Shown here piece after piece: positions 45,081 through 54,377 of a DNA stretch of 64,000 bases (position 1 is its first letter; each line of letters starts with the position of its first letter). A program made the position numbers and the translations under genes. Origin of the DNA: a virus (taxonomy: Duplodnaviria > Caudoviricetes); IMG/VR virus record IMGVR_UViG_3300020577_012633, positions 32,001-96,000 of that record, one strand, 5' to 3'. Under the pieces are notes generated by a model. The model was not told the DNA's origin, made no database searches, and worked only from the letters and a program-made list of their open reading frames with translations.

Positions 45081-45986
45081 TTAGAGGCGAATGAGGTCGG
45101 TATTTGAACTAGAAGCCTTATCGAGGTTCTTGATTGCGTTACGAACAACAACAGAAGTAGTCCCGTCCCAGCTATCCGCAACCTTATCAGCATCCTCGCC
45201 TTCGATAACCTGAATGGTTGAAACAATTACTTCTGCCAACTTGGATTCGTCAGGAATTACAATAGCTCGCTGGCCAAGCAAGTCACGCCATACTTTTATA
45301 GCGCCCTGTGTTTCGGTAGCGCCGGTCTTAACAATGATATGGAAGACTTCCCAGTTCTTCTCAGCCAACTTGAGAAGATCTTTAATGGACATATCCGACT
45401 CAACATCATCACCAAAAAATTGCTTGATTTGGCTCTTGGAAAGCTTGATTGGGCATTCGTCGCCAACGGTAAAGAGATAACCCTTGCGCTTGCGCTTGGT
45501 GATGGCATCGCATTTGGTCTTATTAGCAGCAAAATACCATAGAATCGGGTACGATTCGCCACCGTTTCCTCCGCCGTTTCCTTCGATGTATATTTTTTCA
45601 ACCTGCTTGGTGATTTCGGTAACACCAGCTTCAAATTGAGTCACTTGAATCGGAGCGCGATCACAAGTTGCGTCTCCAATACCTGCAATAAGAATATGAG
45701 GATCAGATACAGGCTTTCTCTCGTAAATTTCCTTCATGACAATACCAAGACCTTTCTTGATAATGTCTTCCGCAAGACGACCCATAGAGCCAGTTTCATC
45801 AACGCCAATAATGAGAGGAGTTGAATTAGGATTCTTGTCTGAATCAACAGATTCACGGAACTTGAACTTAGAAGGATCAAGTCCGTTATCCATGCCAGAA
45901 CTTGTAAAAATAGCAGATGCTGGTTTAGATGAAACTGAAGAACTATAGCTGGTCCAATCACTTGCGTCAAAACGTGTGCCGCCCAT
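45081..45986 (-). CDS. vWA-domain protein
   Basis: MIDAS DETGSM, GIGD, QFE, EGNGGGNGGESY, FTVGDE. Confidence 0.85.
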   Translation of the reverse strand: MGGTRFDASDWTSYSSSVSSKPASAIFTSSGMDNGLDPSKFKFRESVDSDKNPNSTPLIIGVDETGSMGRLAEDIIKKGLGIVMKEIYERKPVSDPHILIAGIGDATCDRAPIQVTQFEAGVTEITKQVEKIYIEGNGGGNGGESYPILWYFAANKTKCDAITKRKRKGYLFTVGDECPIKLSKSQIKQFFGDDVESDMSIKDLLKLAEKNWEVFHIIVKTGATETQGAIKVWRDLLGQRAIVIPDESKLAEVIVSTIQVIEGEDADKVADSWDGTTSVVVRNAIKNLDKASSSNTDLIRL

Positions 45987-45989
45987 AAA

Positions 45990-47018
45990 CTACTCCTTGT
46001 AAATGTCGCTATCTTTTACCGTCATTTCAACGAAGCGACGTTCGCCGAAACTTTTATCTCTTACTTTTTCCCATTTTTTATATTCTTCAAAAGCATTACC
46101 GTTATTTGAATTTCTTAAGAAGTTTATAAATGGCTTCGGAAAAGAATCGTCATGTAATAGATTCATACCTGTTGAATCACCAAGACATTCTAAACCCACT
46201 TGTTTAATCAAAGTTAGATCCAAAACAGGATCAGCTATTTTTTTATCAAATATATCTGATGGACAATTATTCTTGGAATGAGCTGGTAAAGCAACAAGAT
46301 TTTTGCCGGCAGTTTGAGAATACCACCATCCTCCATAGAGCAATACACTATGGAATTTTGGAGAAATAAAACAAGTTGTAGTTGAAATGGCATTATGCGT
46401 AATGCCAATTGTTCGCATATAACATGCTAAGTTATGCAAAGAACTCATAATCCAAGCAACATGCTTTGGGTCAATCGGACCAAGAAAATCAATTACATCT
46501 TGAAGCAAGAAAACATCTGGAGTTTTCGCCAACACTAGAACAGATTTGCCGTCAGATGTTTCAAAATTATCAAGAACTACAGGCAAATATTTTTCAATTT
46601 CTTTTTTCAGTTTATCATCTTTGTAAACAAAGGAATGTTTTATAGTTTCAAGACCTCTACCGAATAGGTCTTTTGCAGAATTGTCAACAATATAACAAAG
46701 GACTCTTTTACCATAGGCGACTTCACCTAGTTCAAAAGCCCTTTTGCGAAGATATTTTATTGTTCTGATTTTACTATCAGCGCCTTTGAGTACAAGAGTA
46801 TTAGGTTCTGCCCAGGTTTTGTTTTTTATTTTTGAATTAACGAGATCGTATAATTGTCTAATATGTTCTACTATTTTACCTGAATTTTTTGATTTATTTA
46901 CATCAGGATGCCATTTTAGGAGAAGCTTCCTAAAAACAGCTTTAGCATCTTCTTCTGAATTAGGAAAAAGACGTTCTGGTTCGCTATTTGGGATACTAAG
47001 AATTTCTTCTTCTGTCAT
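45990..47018 (-). CDS. J-domain fused to a degenerate protein-kinase-like domain
   Basis: FRKLLLKWHPD; KHVAWI, ITHNAIS, LLYGGWWY. Confidence 0.8.
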   Translation of the reverse strand: MTEEEILSIPNSEPERLFPNSEEDAKAVFRKLLLKWHPDVNKSKNSGKIVEHIRQLYDLVNSKIKNKTWAEPNTLVLKGADSKIRTIKYLRKRAFELGEVAYGKRVLCYIVDNSAKDLFGRGLETIKHSFVYKDDKLKKEIEKYLPVVLDNFETSDGKSVLVLAKTPDVFLLQDVIDFLGPIDPKHVAWIMSSLHNLACYMRTIGITHNAISTTTCFISPKFHSVLLYGGWWYSQTAGKNLVALPAHSKNNCPSDIFDKKIADPVLDLTLIKQVGLECLGDSTGMNLLHDDSFPKPFINFLRNSNNGNAFEEYKKWEKVRDKSFGERRFVEMTVKDSDIYKE

Positions 47019-47066
47019 ATAGGCTAATGCTTTCCTAAAAAAGTCATTTTCAAAGACTCATCTCTT

Positions 47067-47327
47067 CTACGGATTTTGAGTCTCTTTTCTTGTTTCTTTG
47101 TTTTTTTTCGCTTTGACAACAGTTTTGTGTCTTATTTGCATTATGTTACTGGATGTTCTACCGCTATGCGATTTAATTATACTTGCAACAAAAGCAAACA
47201 CAGCCGCTATTATACAAGTAAAAAGAATCCAAATAACAATTTTTATCTGGTCTGCGGTCAACCCGTAAGGGTGAAGTTCGGAAAACTTTTCGTTCATTTC
47301 ATGTAAGTGTATCAAAGACATTTCCAC
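47067..47327 (-). CDS. small membrane protein
   Basis: One TM helix, basic tail. Confidence 0.5.
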   Translation of the reverse strand: MEMSLIHLHEMNEKFSELHPYGLTADQIKIVIWILFTCIIAAVFAFVASIIKSHSGRTSSNIMQIRHKTVVKAKKNKETRKETQNP

Positions 47328-47553
47328 TTTTTTGATATTTCGTGTCTATTTGAGCATTTACAAACGAATGGGATAGTCAGTAGAAATAAAGTAAGAAATC
47401 AGGAAATAAAATACAAAAAAAACAATACATATAATTATAGCAACTATAATTGATGAAGCAAATAAAAATAAACTAAACATCAAAGTCTTTTCAAGTTCTT
47501 CTATGAAGTTTTTCATCTAACAATCCTGAGTTTTTTCTCTAATACTTCTATTT

Positions 47554-47808
47554 TTAGTTTCGATGAAATATTTTTGCCAGCAAAATTCTATATTGACTTA
47601 GAATTTGAGCTGACTGTTCTATTCCCTGGTCTTTTGTTTCCAGTGACGAAAACTCATTCCAATCTTTTCCAGCCAATTCTCCAGCTTTATGATACAAATT
47701 GAGCAACAATTCCCTTTCTTCTGGGCTACCTTGTGATTCTATCCAAGCTTCTTTTCGAGCTTGAATATAAGCACATAAACTTTCGTTGTCTCCATATCCA
47801 ACATTCAT
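47554..47808 (-). CDS. hypothetical protein
   Basis: 84 aa. Confidence 0.6.
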   Translation of the reverse strand: MNVGYGDNESLCAYIQARKEAWIESQGSPEERELLLNLYHKAGELAGKDWNEFSSLETKDQGIEQSAQILSQYRILLAKIFHRN

Positions 47809-47825
47809 TTATTTCACCAAAAAAT

Positions 47826-48053
47826 GAGCAAGAACAACAAGGCCTCATAAATGCCGTTCTGTTTTTATCCTATCATTTCTCTAATGGCCTCAACCCGTCC
47901 TCATAGAGCCACCGACACTCTCAGACTGTTTGAGTTGCTACTTAGGTTGTTCAATCGACTTTTCAGGTCTCCAACCGTAGGTGGAGTAGCGGCAATTTTC
48001 CTCACGTCTTTTTCAAGATGGTGCGATAGGCCGGGCCTCGTTGTCCTATGCTC
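47826..48053 (-). ncRNA. rnpB: minimal RNase P RNA
   Basis: P1 GAGCATAGGACAACGAGGCC/GGCCTTGTTGTTCTTGCTC; P2 CCTATC/GATAGG; GAGGAAAATTGCCG and ACAGAACGGCATTTAT forming P4 with a bulged U; P5 GCTAC/GTAGC followed by AA; P6 CCACC/GGTGG; P15 CTCA/TGAG with GGGT; AGAGAAAT before the P2 3' strand. Confidence 0.88.
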
Positions 48054-48070
48054 GTAAATATCTTAGCGAT

Positions 48071-48078
48071 TTATCGAC
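48071..48078 (-). promoter_or_regulatory. GTCGATAA element upstream of the RNase P RNA
   Basis: About 18 nt upstream of P1. Confidence 0.5.
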
Positions 48079-48131
48079 AAGAAAGCAATCCTTATTGCAT
48101 TTTTTGTGGTTTTCTAAAAAATCGGGATTTA

Positions 48132-48443
48132 TCAACATTCAAGTATTGAATTTTCATCTGGTTTTGGTTGCATAGGAAGGTTTTCCGGTTTATAAAAAAC
48201 ACCTATCATAGAATGATTAACTAAAAATCTATAATATTTATATTTATCATTAAAGACTGACCAGCAACCAGTTTGATTCAGTTTCAGATTCATAAAAAAT
48301 ACAATATCTTTTTCGTTACTGGAAATGTTATAAGAAGAACCTCCAAATAATAAATCATTATAAAGACTATTAGCTTTACCTCCAACTACTATTTGGTTAT
48401 AATTAGAATCTGAATTTCCGCCATTCAAAATAAAGTTTTCCAT
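48132..48443 (-). CDS. hypothetical protein
   Basis: Repeated GG motifs. Confidence 0.6.
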   Translation of the reverse strand: MENFILNGGNSDSNYNQIVVGGKANSLYNDLLFGGSSYNISSNEKDIVFFMNLKLNQTGCWSVFNDKYKYYRFLVNHSMIGVFYKPENLPMQPKPDENSILEC

Positions 48444-48449
48444 TTTATA

Positions 48450-49082
48450 TTACTCTATTTTATAAATTAAATAACTTCCTGAAACAATAGTTGAGCTAAA
48501 ATCCATAGGATATATTCTTGATTGTTTTGTTTTCAAAGATATAATTCCAGAAGAAGATGTTTTAACAATACCGTCTATGTAAAAATAAAAATACTCATTT
48601 TCAGCATGAGACTCTAAATTAATTGAAGTTCCATAATCGGTTTCAATTAAATAATTGCCTTTAGGTCTTGTTGAATTTGAAATTATTTCATTAGTTAAAA
48701 TTCCTGAACTTCCAATTGGGGAATTAATTCCAAACAAAAAACTTGCATTAAAACTTGAATAATAGTTTGTATTTATTTTTATATAAGATTGAATGCGATA
48801 ATTTTTATTAGCTTCAGCTTCAAATGACAATTCATTAATAGAATACCATTCTGAATCCAAAACTATATTTTGATTATTTTGTTTTACTATTTTTGAAAAT
48901 AAACCAGGAATAAATTGAGAAGGAGGTAATACATAAGACAAAGAGTTCCATCTAGAAACTCCGTCTCCAATCTTGAAAAAATTTGAGCTAGTTTCAAATC
49001 CTATTTCTCCGCTTAGAAGAATAGGATTATGTAAAGACCAATTTGCAGCAGAATCGTGTCGAATTTGTATATTTGTTGCCAT
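48450..49082 (-). CDS. Mtd-N/hyaluronidase N-terminal-like domain protein (virion fibre-like)
   Basis: IQIRHDSAANW..NPILLSGEIGFET..FKIGDGVSRWNSLSY. Confidence 0.82.
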   Translation of the reverse strand: MATNIQIRHDSAANWSLHNPILLSGEIGFETSSNFFKIGDGVSRWNSLSYVLPPSQFIPGLFSKIVKQNNQNIVLDSEWYSINELSFEAEANKNYRIQSYIKINTNYYSSFNASFLFGINSPIGSSGILTNEIISNSTRPKGNYLIETDYGTSINLESHAENEYFYFYIDGIVKTSSSGIISLKTKQSRIYPMDFSSTIVSGSYLIYKIE

Positions 49083-49101
49083 ACTACATATTACTGTAGT
49101 A

Positions 49102-49443
49102 TTAATTATTCATCCTTCTTGCGAAAAGAAAAATTTGGTTTCCATCCATTTTTAAAAGCTCTAATTCAAATTTTAGTATTTCCCTATGGCAATTTACACC
49201 ATTTTCAACAATATCTCCGTAAACCATCATACTTCGCAATGGATCTTGTGCATGTTCAGATTTAAGTTCTTTTCTTATTCTTTCTTTTATATGTTCAGGA
49301 AGTTGATTATAAAATTTTCCTGGTTTTCTTTGTGGATCTAAAATATTTCTTTTGATAGATGAAAGATATCCAAATTTTACTTCACCATCATTTCGTGCTT
49401 GTTCGCAAATATCTAAAAACAAAGATTGTATGCTTATTTCCAT
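49102..49443 (-). CDS. hypothetical protein
   Basis: 113 aa. Confidence 0.6.
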   Translation of the reverse strand: MEISIQSLFLDICEQARNDGEVKFGYLSSIKRNILDPQRKPGKFYNQLPEHIKERIRKELKSEHAQDPLRSMMVYGDIVENGVNCHREILKFELELLKMDGNQIFLFARRMNN

Positions 49444-49449
49444 ATTAAT

Positions 49450-50535
49450 TTATATTCCCAATTTATTCGTCTCTCCAGAATTTCCAAAGAACCAATGTTC
49501 ATTTGCTGTAACGTGTCCTTTTCTAACAAATTTTGCTATAGACCTTGAAAAATCTTTATAATGAAAACTATCGGCCAACCGAACAACGTATCCCTCACAG
49601 TCCTCACCATTTATTACTGGTTTATAAAGTTCTTTAATCGTTTTTTCATTCCATATTCCTCTATAAATAATCGGTACTATTGGAATGCCAAGAAGTTGAA
49701 ACCATTCGTTAGTTGTATCCCAATCAAGACAAATTAGATTGTTCCAAGCTGAAATCCCATAGCAATAACTTTCCAAATTCTTATATGGAATGGAATGTTT
49801 TGCATAAAGATTTTCTACAACAAATCTCATGTTCTCAGGAATATCATGACAAATATTCCCGTGAAAATTCTTTATCCAACTTTTTGACCAGTGTTTCTTA
49901 TCTGCTAAAGAACGAGCATGAATATAGTCATTATACATTGTTGTATTTTCACCATCCATCTTGATGGTTACTACAACCTCTTTGCCATTAAATATGTCTA
50001 TATTCTTTATAATGCGATCATCGTCAGTAGCTCCAGGAGACCAAGGCAAATGCCAAGTTCTTGGATACTTTACATAACGACTAAATAAATTAAGTACATT
50101 GCCTTCGTTCAATACTTTTTGAACAGAAATATCATCAAAAAGCTCGCCTCTGAGTCTTGTCCCATTGGGCATAATAGGATTAGCCCATTTATCATACACT
50201 TGATCATCGTAAAGATGTTCTGGTATAATCTTATCTTTTTCTAGGATTCCGCAAGCTGCTCTAATCTCTTCAACACATAAAATTGTCATTTCAGCTTTGA
50301 TATGACATTCAGGGCAAAGGCTAGAGCCGTTGTTGATTAGATATCCACCGAAAGTTTCCGGGTCTATCCATAGTCGTCTTTCTAAGATATGATGAGCATC
50401 GAGATTCGTCTTAGTTGATGTCTTAAGACAAATAACGCATTTGTGATCATCACGAGCAAAAACCTTCTCTCTAAATTCGTTTCTAGAAAGAATTTTCCGT
50501 GACCGATTTACATAGTTGTTTGAATTTGACTTCAT
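49450..50535 (-). CDS. HNH-domain/RNA ligase fusion
   Basis: N-terminal RDDHKCVIC..DAHHI..LCPECH; KYPRTWHLPWSPG, motif I KMDGEN, EGYVVR, AKFVR. Confidence 0.88.
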   Translation of the reverse strand: MKSNSNNYVNRSRKILSRNEFREKVFARDDHKCVICLKTSTKTNLDAHHILERRLWIDPETFGGYLINNGSSLCPECHIKAEMTILCVEEIRAACGILEKDKIIPEHLYDDQVYDKWANPIMPNGTRLRGELFDDISVQKVLNEGNVLNLFSRYVKYPRTWHLPWSPGATDDDRIIKNIDIFNGKEVVVTIKMDGENTTMYNDYIHARSLADKKHWSKSWIKNFHGNICHDIPENMRFVVENLYAKHSIPYKNLESYCYGISAWNNLICLDWDTTNEWFQLLGIPIVPIIYRGIWNEKTIKELYKPVINGEDCEGYVVRLADSFHYKDFSRSIAKFVRKGHVTANEHWFFGNSGETNKLGI

Positions 50536-51214
50536 CAAAATTTCTTTTCATTAGGTTAATGTCCTTATGCGTCCATTGAACATTGCCCTCGATATATCCT
50601 TTACTTGAGTCTATGCGATCAAGAGAAGCAGTTGCGCTACCGTGACTGGTTTTTGGAAAGGAAATCTCCAAACCCGAAAGTGCGCATTTCCCTTTTTGGT
50701 CAAGATAGAGTTTCCAACCATATTGAATAGAAATGGAAAAGTCTAATTTTCGTTTTGATGCCTGAATTCTATACAAGGACCATCTACTTGCATTAATGTC
50801 TCCACAACCTTTGAATAGCGGATTGCTTTCACCGAATCTGCGAATTTCATTTCTGGCACAGCCGCAAGACTTGACTTCGTTTCGAAGAAGAACCCCAGGT
50901 AATCTTTCTACATTTTTCTTTCCGCAAGAACAATCACACATTGCGATCCATCGTCTTCCCCATTTACCCTCCTTGACTCGCATATCAATGACGGATAATT
51001 TACCAAAAACTTTACCGATAAGTTCTCCGTTGTATTCAGGAACATCTCGATTTTTTCTATCTATTGCTGAACAATTTTTGCGTTTTCTTAATCTATTTAG
51101 GGTGGTTTTACTAATATCAAATTTTGAACATATTTCTTCTATAAACTCCCCTGAACGATAAGCTTCTACTATCGCCTTTTCCTGCGATTCCGTAAGTCTC
51201 TTTCCTTTAACCAT
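50483..51214 (-). mobile_element. HNH homing-endonuclease-like gene
   Basis: N-terminal HTH, CDCSCG..KSCGC, GKCALSG, SLDRIDSSKGY..NVQW; AAGGAG RBS before ATG 51214. Confidence 0.88.
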
Positions 51215-51300
51215 AAATGCTCCTTTCGACAACATGAAAGGAATACAAAAATGATTAGTCTCATTCCTTCTTAGAAGATATCATTTTTACAAATTGCCAT

Positions 51301-51696
51301 TCACTTGCCATTAATTTGTTTATTTGCTTCAATGGCGTAATATGGTTGACTCCATTGACGATTTTTCTTGTCTATAGAAAACAATAAACCCCATATACGA
51401 TATACAGGAATATCCCCATCATCAAGATATCTTCCTACAAATCCTCTTGGATTTTCTATCCATCTTTTAATTATTTCTATATCGTTTGGATTATACTTTT
51501 CAAGAAGTCTAAGTCCTTCTTGTTCAAGATATTTAATCTCTATTTTGCTTCTTTGAATAAATTGACCAGAAGCTATTTTAACCTTCAAAAAGGGCGCAAC
51601 AACAGCATCAACATCTTTAATATATCTATCTCTTCTTGCAGCTTCTTTTATATCAGAATAAACTGAACCATCATCAGCTTGGAATACTTTTTTCAT
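51301..51696 (-). CDS. hypothetical protein
   Basis: RQWSQPYYA. Confidence 0.7.
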   Translation of the reverse strand: MKKVFQADDGSVYSDIKEAARRDRYIKDVDAVVAPFLKVKIASGQFIQRSKIEIKYLEQEGLRLLEKYNPNDIEIIKRWIENPRGFVGRYLDDGDIPVYRIWGLLFSIDKKNRQWSQPYYAIEANKQINGK

Positions 51697-51956
51697 ATTC
51701 TCTTACCGTCCTTTGTTACCGCACAAGTTTTTTGTTCAGCTTCAATATAAGGCAAACCCTTAATCCTAGACTCATGATATTTTTCACAATTAGCTAAAAA
51801 TTCTGATTTACCAGGAACTGTATCATGATTATATTGAGCATTAGGATCAATAACTCTCCAAAGTTCAAGATCATTTTCCCAGCAAAGACCATTGCCGCTT
51901 TGTTCTTTGTGTTTTTTAATAGCATTAACCAGTATCTCAACTGTTAGTTTTTGCAT
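51693..51956 (-). CDS. hypothetical protein
   Basis: CWENDLELW. Confidence 0.65.
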   Translation of the reverse strand: MQKLTVEILVNAIKKHKEQSGNGLCWENDLELWRVIDPNAQYNHDTVPGKSEFLANCEKYHESRIKGLPYIEAEQKTCAVTKDGKRI

Positions 51957-53010
51957 TTTTCTTAGCTTTCTTTTTAGGTTTATTAGAAATGATTACTTTC
52001 TTTTCAGGAGTAGCGTTATAGCCGTACAAATTATACGGTTGATATTTTTCTTCATGTGTTCTATTTGAATCTTTATCATATTCTATCTTAGCATTTTTGC
52101 AGGCTTTAAACTCTGCTGATAAAGCTGAAAGAAATTTCTTGTCAGAAAAATCCTTGTCTTTGCTAATAATTTCAATAAGATTTTTATGCTGATGATCATA
52201 ATAATGACGACGACCAGACATTCGCAAAGCAACAAGTATACGATTCCTTTTAAGCTCAACACCTTCTGAACCAAGCAAAATAAGATGCTGATTAACAATC
52301 CATTCTATATCTTCACCAGTGTCTGAAATGACTCTAGTTATGTCATGATGCATATTTTGATAATGCAACCATTCGTCAACAACATCTTTGTATTTATCCT
52401 GATAATTAATTCTATAATGATCCGCATAAAGAATCTTACATATTTGATGTACAATATAACATTTAGAAAAATCTGGATTTTCATAAAGAATAGAAAAACA
52501 GGTTCCCTGAATATTGGCTATTAAATCAGAAAACTCTTTCTTTTGTTCCAAGTATTCATCATTATATCTCCTAAGAGCATAAATGATATTTTCTACTAAC
52601 TCATATATTTCACAAATACATGCAATATCTTTTTTATCAGAGTCCACAAGCAATGACGGAATAGTAAGAACGTCTTTTATTGGATTATATCCATCATTAT
52701 CTGGTGTAATATCTTTACTAATTTTACCTTCATCTACCCTTGGAATTGAAGAAGTAACAGCAACAGACCACAAATCTTCATTATCAATAACTACTGGATT
52801 ATGGCTTGAAGAACCAAGTAACCAATGAACAGAATTACTTTCTGATCCGAGCAAAGTAGGCCAAAGGTTATTACAGAAAACAATTAATCTTTCAATCTTA
52901 TCCTTACAGGAATAAGATAAAGAAAATCCTTTAAGGCTTTCTGCCTTTTCAATTATTTCACGAACACAATAAAGAATTTTACCTGTACGTTCTCTGTTGC
53001 TCAGTCCCAT
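51937..53010 (-). CDS. hypothetical protein
   Basis: 357 aa, no recognised motif. Confidence 0.75.
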   Translation of the reverse strand: MGLSNRERTGKILYCVREIIEKAESLKGFSLSYSCKDKIERLIVFCNNLWPTLLGSESNSVHWLLGSSSHNPVVIDNEDLWSVAVTSSIPRVDEGKISKDITPDNDGYNPIKDVLTIPSLLVDSDKKDIACICEIYELVENIIYALRRYNDEYLEQKKEFSDLIANIQGTCFSILYENPDFSKCYIVHQICKILYADHYRINYQDKYKDVVDEWLHYQNMHHDITRVISDTGEDIEWIVNQHLILLGSEGVELKRNRILVALRMSGRRHYYDHQHKNLIEIISKDKDFSDKKFLSALSAEFKACKNAKIEYDKDSNRTHEEKYQPYNLYGYNATPEKKVIISNKPKKKAKKNAKTNS

Positions 53011-53037
53011 TTGATGCTTTCTCTTTTTAATGACTTT

Positions 53038-53496
53038 TTATACTATCTCAGGAGCCATTACATAAATACCTTCATATTCATGACCCGATCTATGAGAAAG
53101 AATTGAATATGCTGACCATCCATCATTATTTGAAAGTGCTGATTGAATGCTATTCCAAACAATTTTATTTTTCTCATGATATTTCAATTCGCCTTCGTAT
53201 AATTCCCATATATTCAAAAGAGCTTCTCTTAATATTTTAGGAGAAGCCTTGCCAGCTTCTTCTTTACTTATTGATGGAAGTTTAGGAAGTTCACTCTTTT
53301 CAGGATTTATGTAATACATTTCGCTTTCCAAGCGATCTTTCAATACGCTTAAGCAATATTTTAAAAAATTATCTTCACTTTTGATAAGAACTTCATGATC
53401 TCCATGCTTCCCATTAAGTACAAAAAGAATGATAGAACCTTCAGAAAACCATTTCTGAATATGTTTTTTAGATGGAGTATACGGTGTGAATCCCAT
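53038..53496 (-). CDS. hypothetical protein
   Basis: KHGD..HEYEG. Confidence 0.7.
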   Translation of the reverse strand: MGFTPYTPSKKHIQKWFSEGSIILFVLNGKHGDHEVLIKSEDNFLKYCLSVLKDRLESEMYYINPEKSELPKLPSISKEEAGKASPKILREALLNIWELYEGELKYHEKNKIVWNSIQSALSNNDGWSAYSILSHRSGHEYEGIYVMAPEIV

Positions 53497-53499
53497 AAT

Positions 53500-54099
53500 T
53501 TATCCTGGTTTTACAGCAATATGCCTTGTCCAGAAATCAACTGATTCCATGTACTTATTGCGGTCCAGAGGAACACCAGAGCCTCCCTCAGCTACCCCAA
53601 GCGCATTACGCATCATAGTTATAGGAGGCAAAGGAGGCTCTTCCAAGGTCATTGTACGAAGAATATTGACTACCGCAAAATCTCCATCAATAGGAGATCC
53701 CTCCTTCGCCATTTGATCTTTGTCATAAACAATAACACAAAGATATTTAGCGCGAAGAATTAAATTACCATCACTAGAATCTCGTATCAACGCTGGAAGT
53801 TCCAAATATCGCGTCAACACTGGAAGTTCAGTTTCACGACGTGCTTCATATTCGGTCCTAATAAATGGCAAAGCTTCATTTGTAAGTGGAACAATGCCAG
53901 CTTGAGCATTCGTCCAATTTTCAAACCATATAAGAGAACAAAAAGGCGCATATCCTTTTTCAACCTGAACAGGAACTCTTTCGTTTATTTCAGTCCTAAA
54001 CTGTTCGGGTGTAATGCCAGGAATAGCTGGGCTATGTTTTGTCCCATCAAAATGACTAAGAGCGAATTCTGGCAATACGATTTTTAGATAAGCCGCCAT
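53500..54099 (-). CDS. DUF3228 family protein
   Basis: GYAPFC, YEARRETELPVLTR, PITMMRNALG..GGSGVPLDR..SVDFW. Confidence 0.85.
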   Translation of the reverse strand: MAAYLKIVLPEFALSHFDGTKHSPAIPGITPEQFRTEINERVPVQVEKGYAPFCSLIWFENWTNAQAGIVPLTNEALPFIRTEYEARRETELPVLTRYLELPALIRDSSDGNLILRAKYLCVIVYDKDQMAKEGSPIDGDFAVVNILRTMTLEEPPLPPITMMRNALGVAEGGSGVPLDRNKYMESVDFWTRHIAVKPG

Positions 54100-54109
54100 A
54101 AAGATCCTT

Positions 54110-54337
54110 TTATGACATGATTGCTGCATGACGTTTTTGAAAAGCCAAATGAATCAAATCTACAGCGTTTATTGCTGATTCAAGTTCAAGTTTTTGATCT
54201 GTAGTAAGTCCTGAAGTATTTAGAACCTTTTCTTTTGTTGATTCTCCTTGCCTGCATATTTTATAGTCAAAATATTCTGCCGCAAGATTTGCAACATCCA
54301 TTATTTGTTCTTGCGATAAAGAAGTACCAGATTTCAT
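54110..54337 (-). CDS. hypothetical protein
   Basis: 75 aa. Confidence 0.6.
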   Translation of the reverse strand: MKSGTSLSQEQIMDVANLAAEYFDYKICRQGESTKEKVLNTSGLTTDQKLELESAINAVDLIHLAFQKRHAAIMS

Positions 54338-54377
54338 GTTTTTCCTTTAATTTTCTCAGACTCTTACTACTATGATA

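Noticed and set aside
47851-48057. Plus-strand 68-aa ORF
   Set aside because: Antisense to the RNase P RNA; no RBS or protein features
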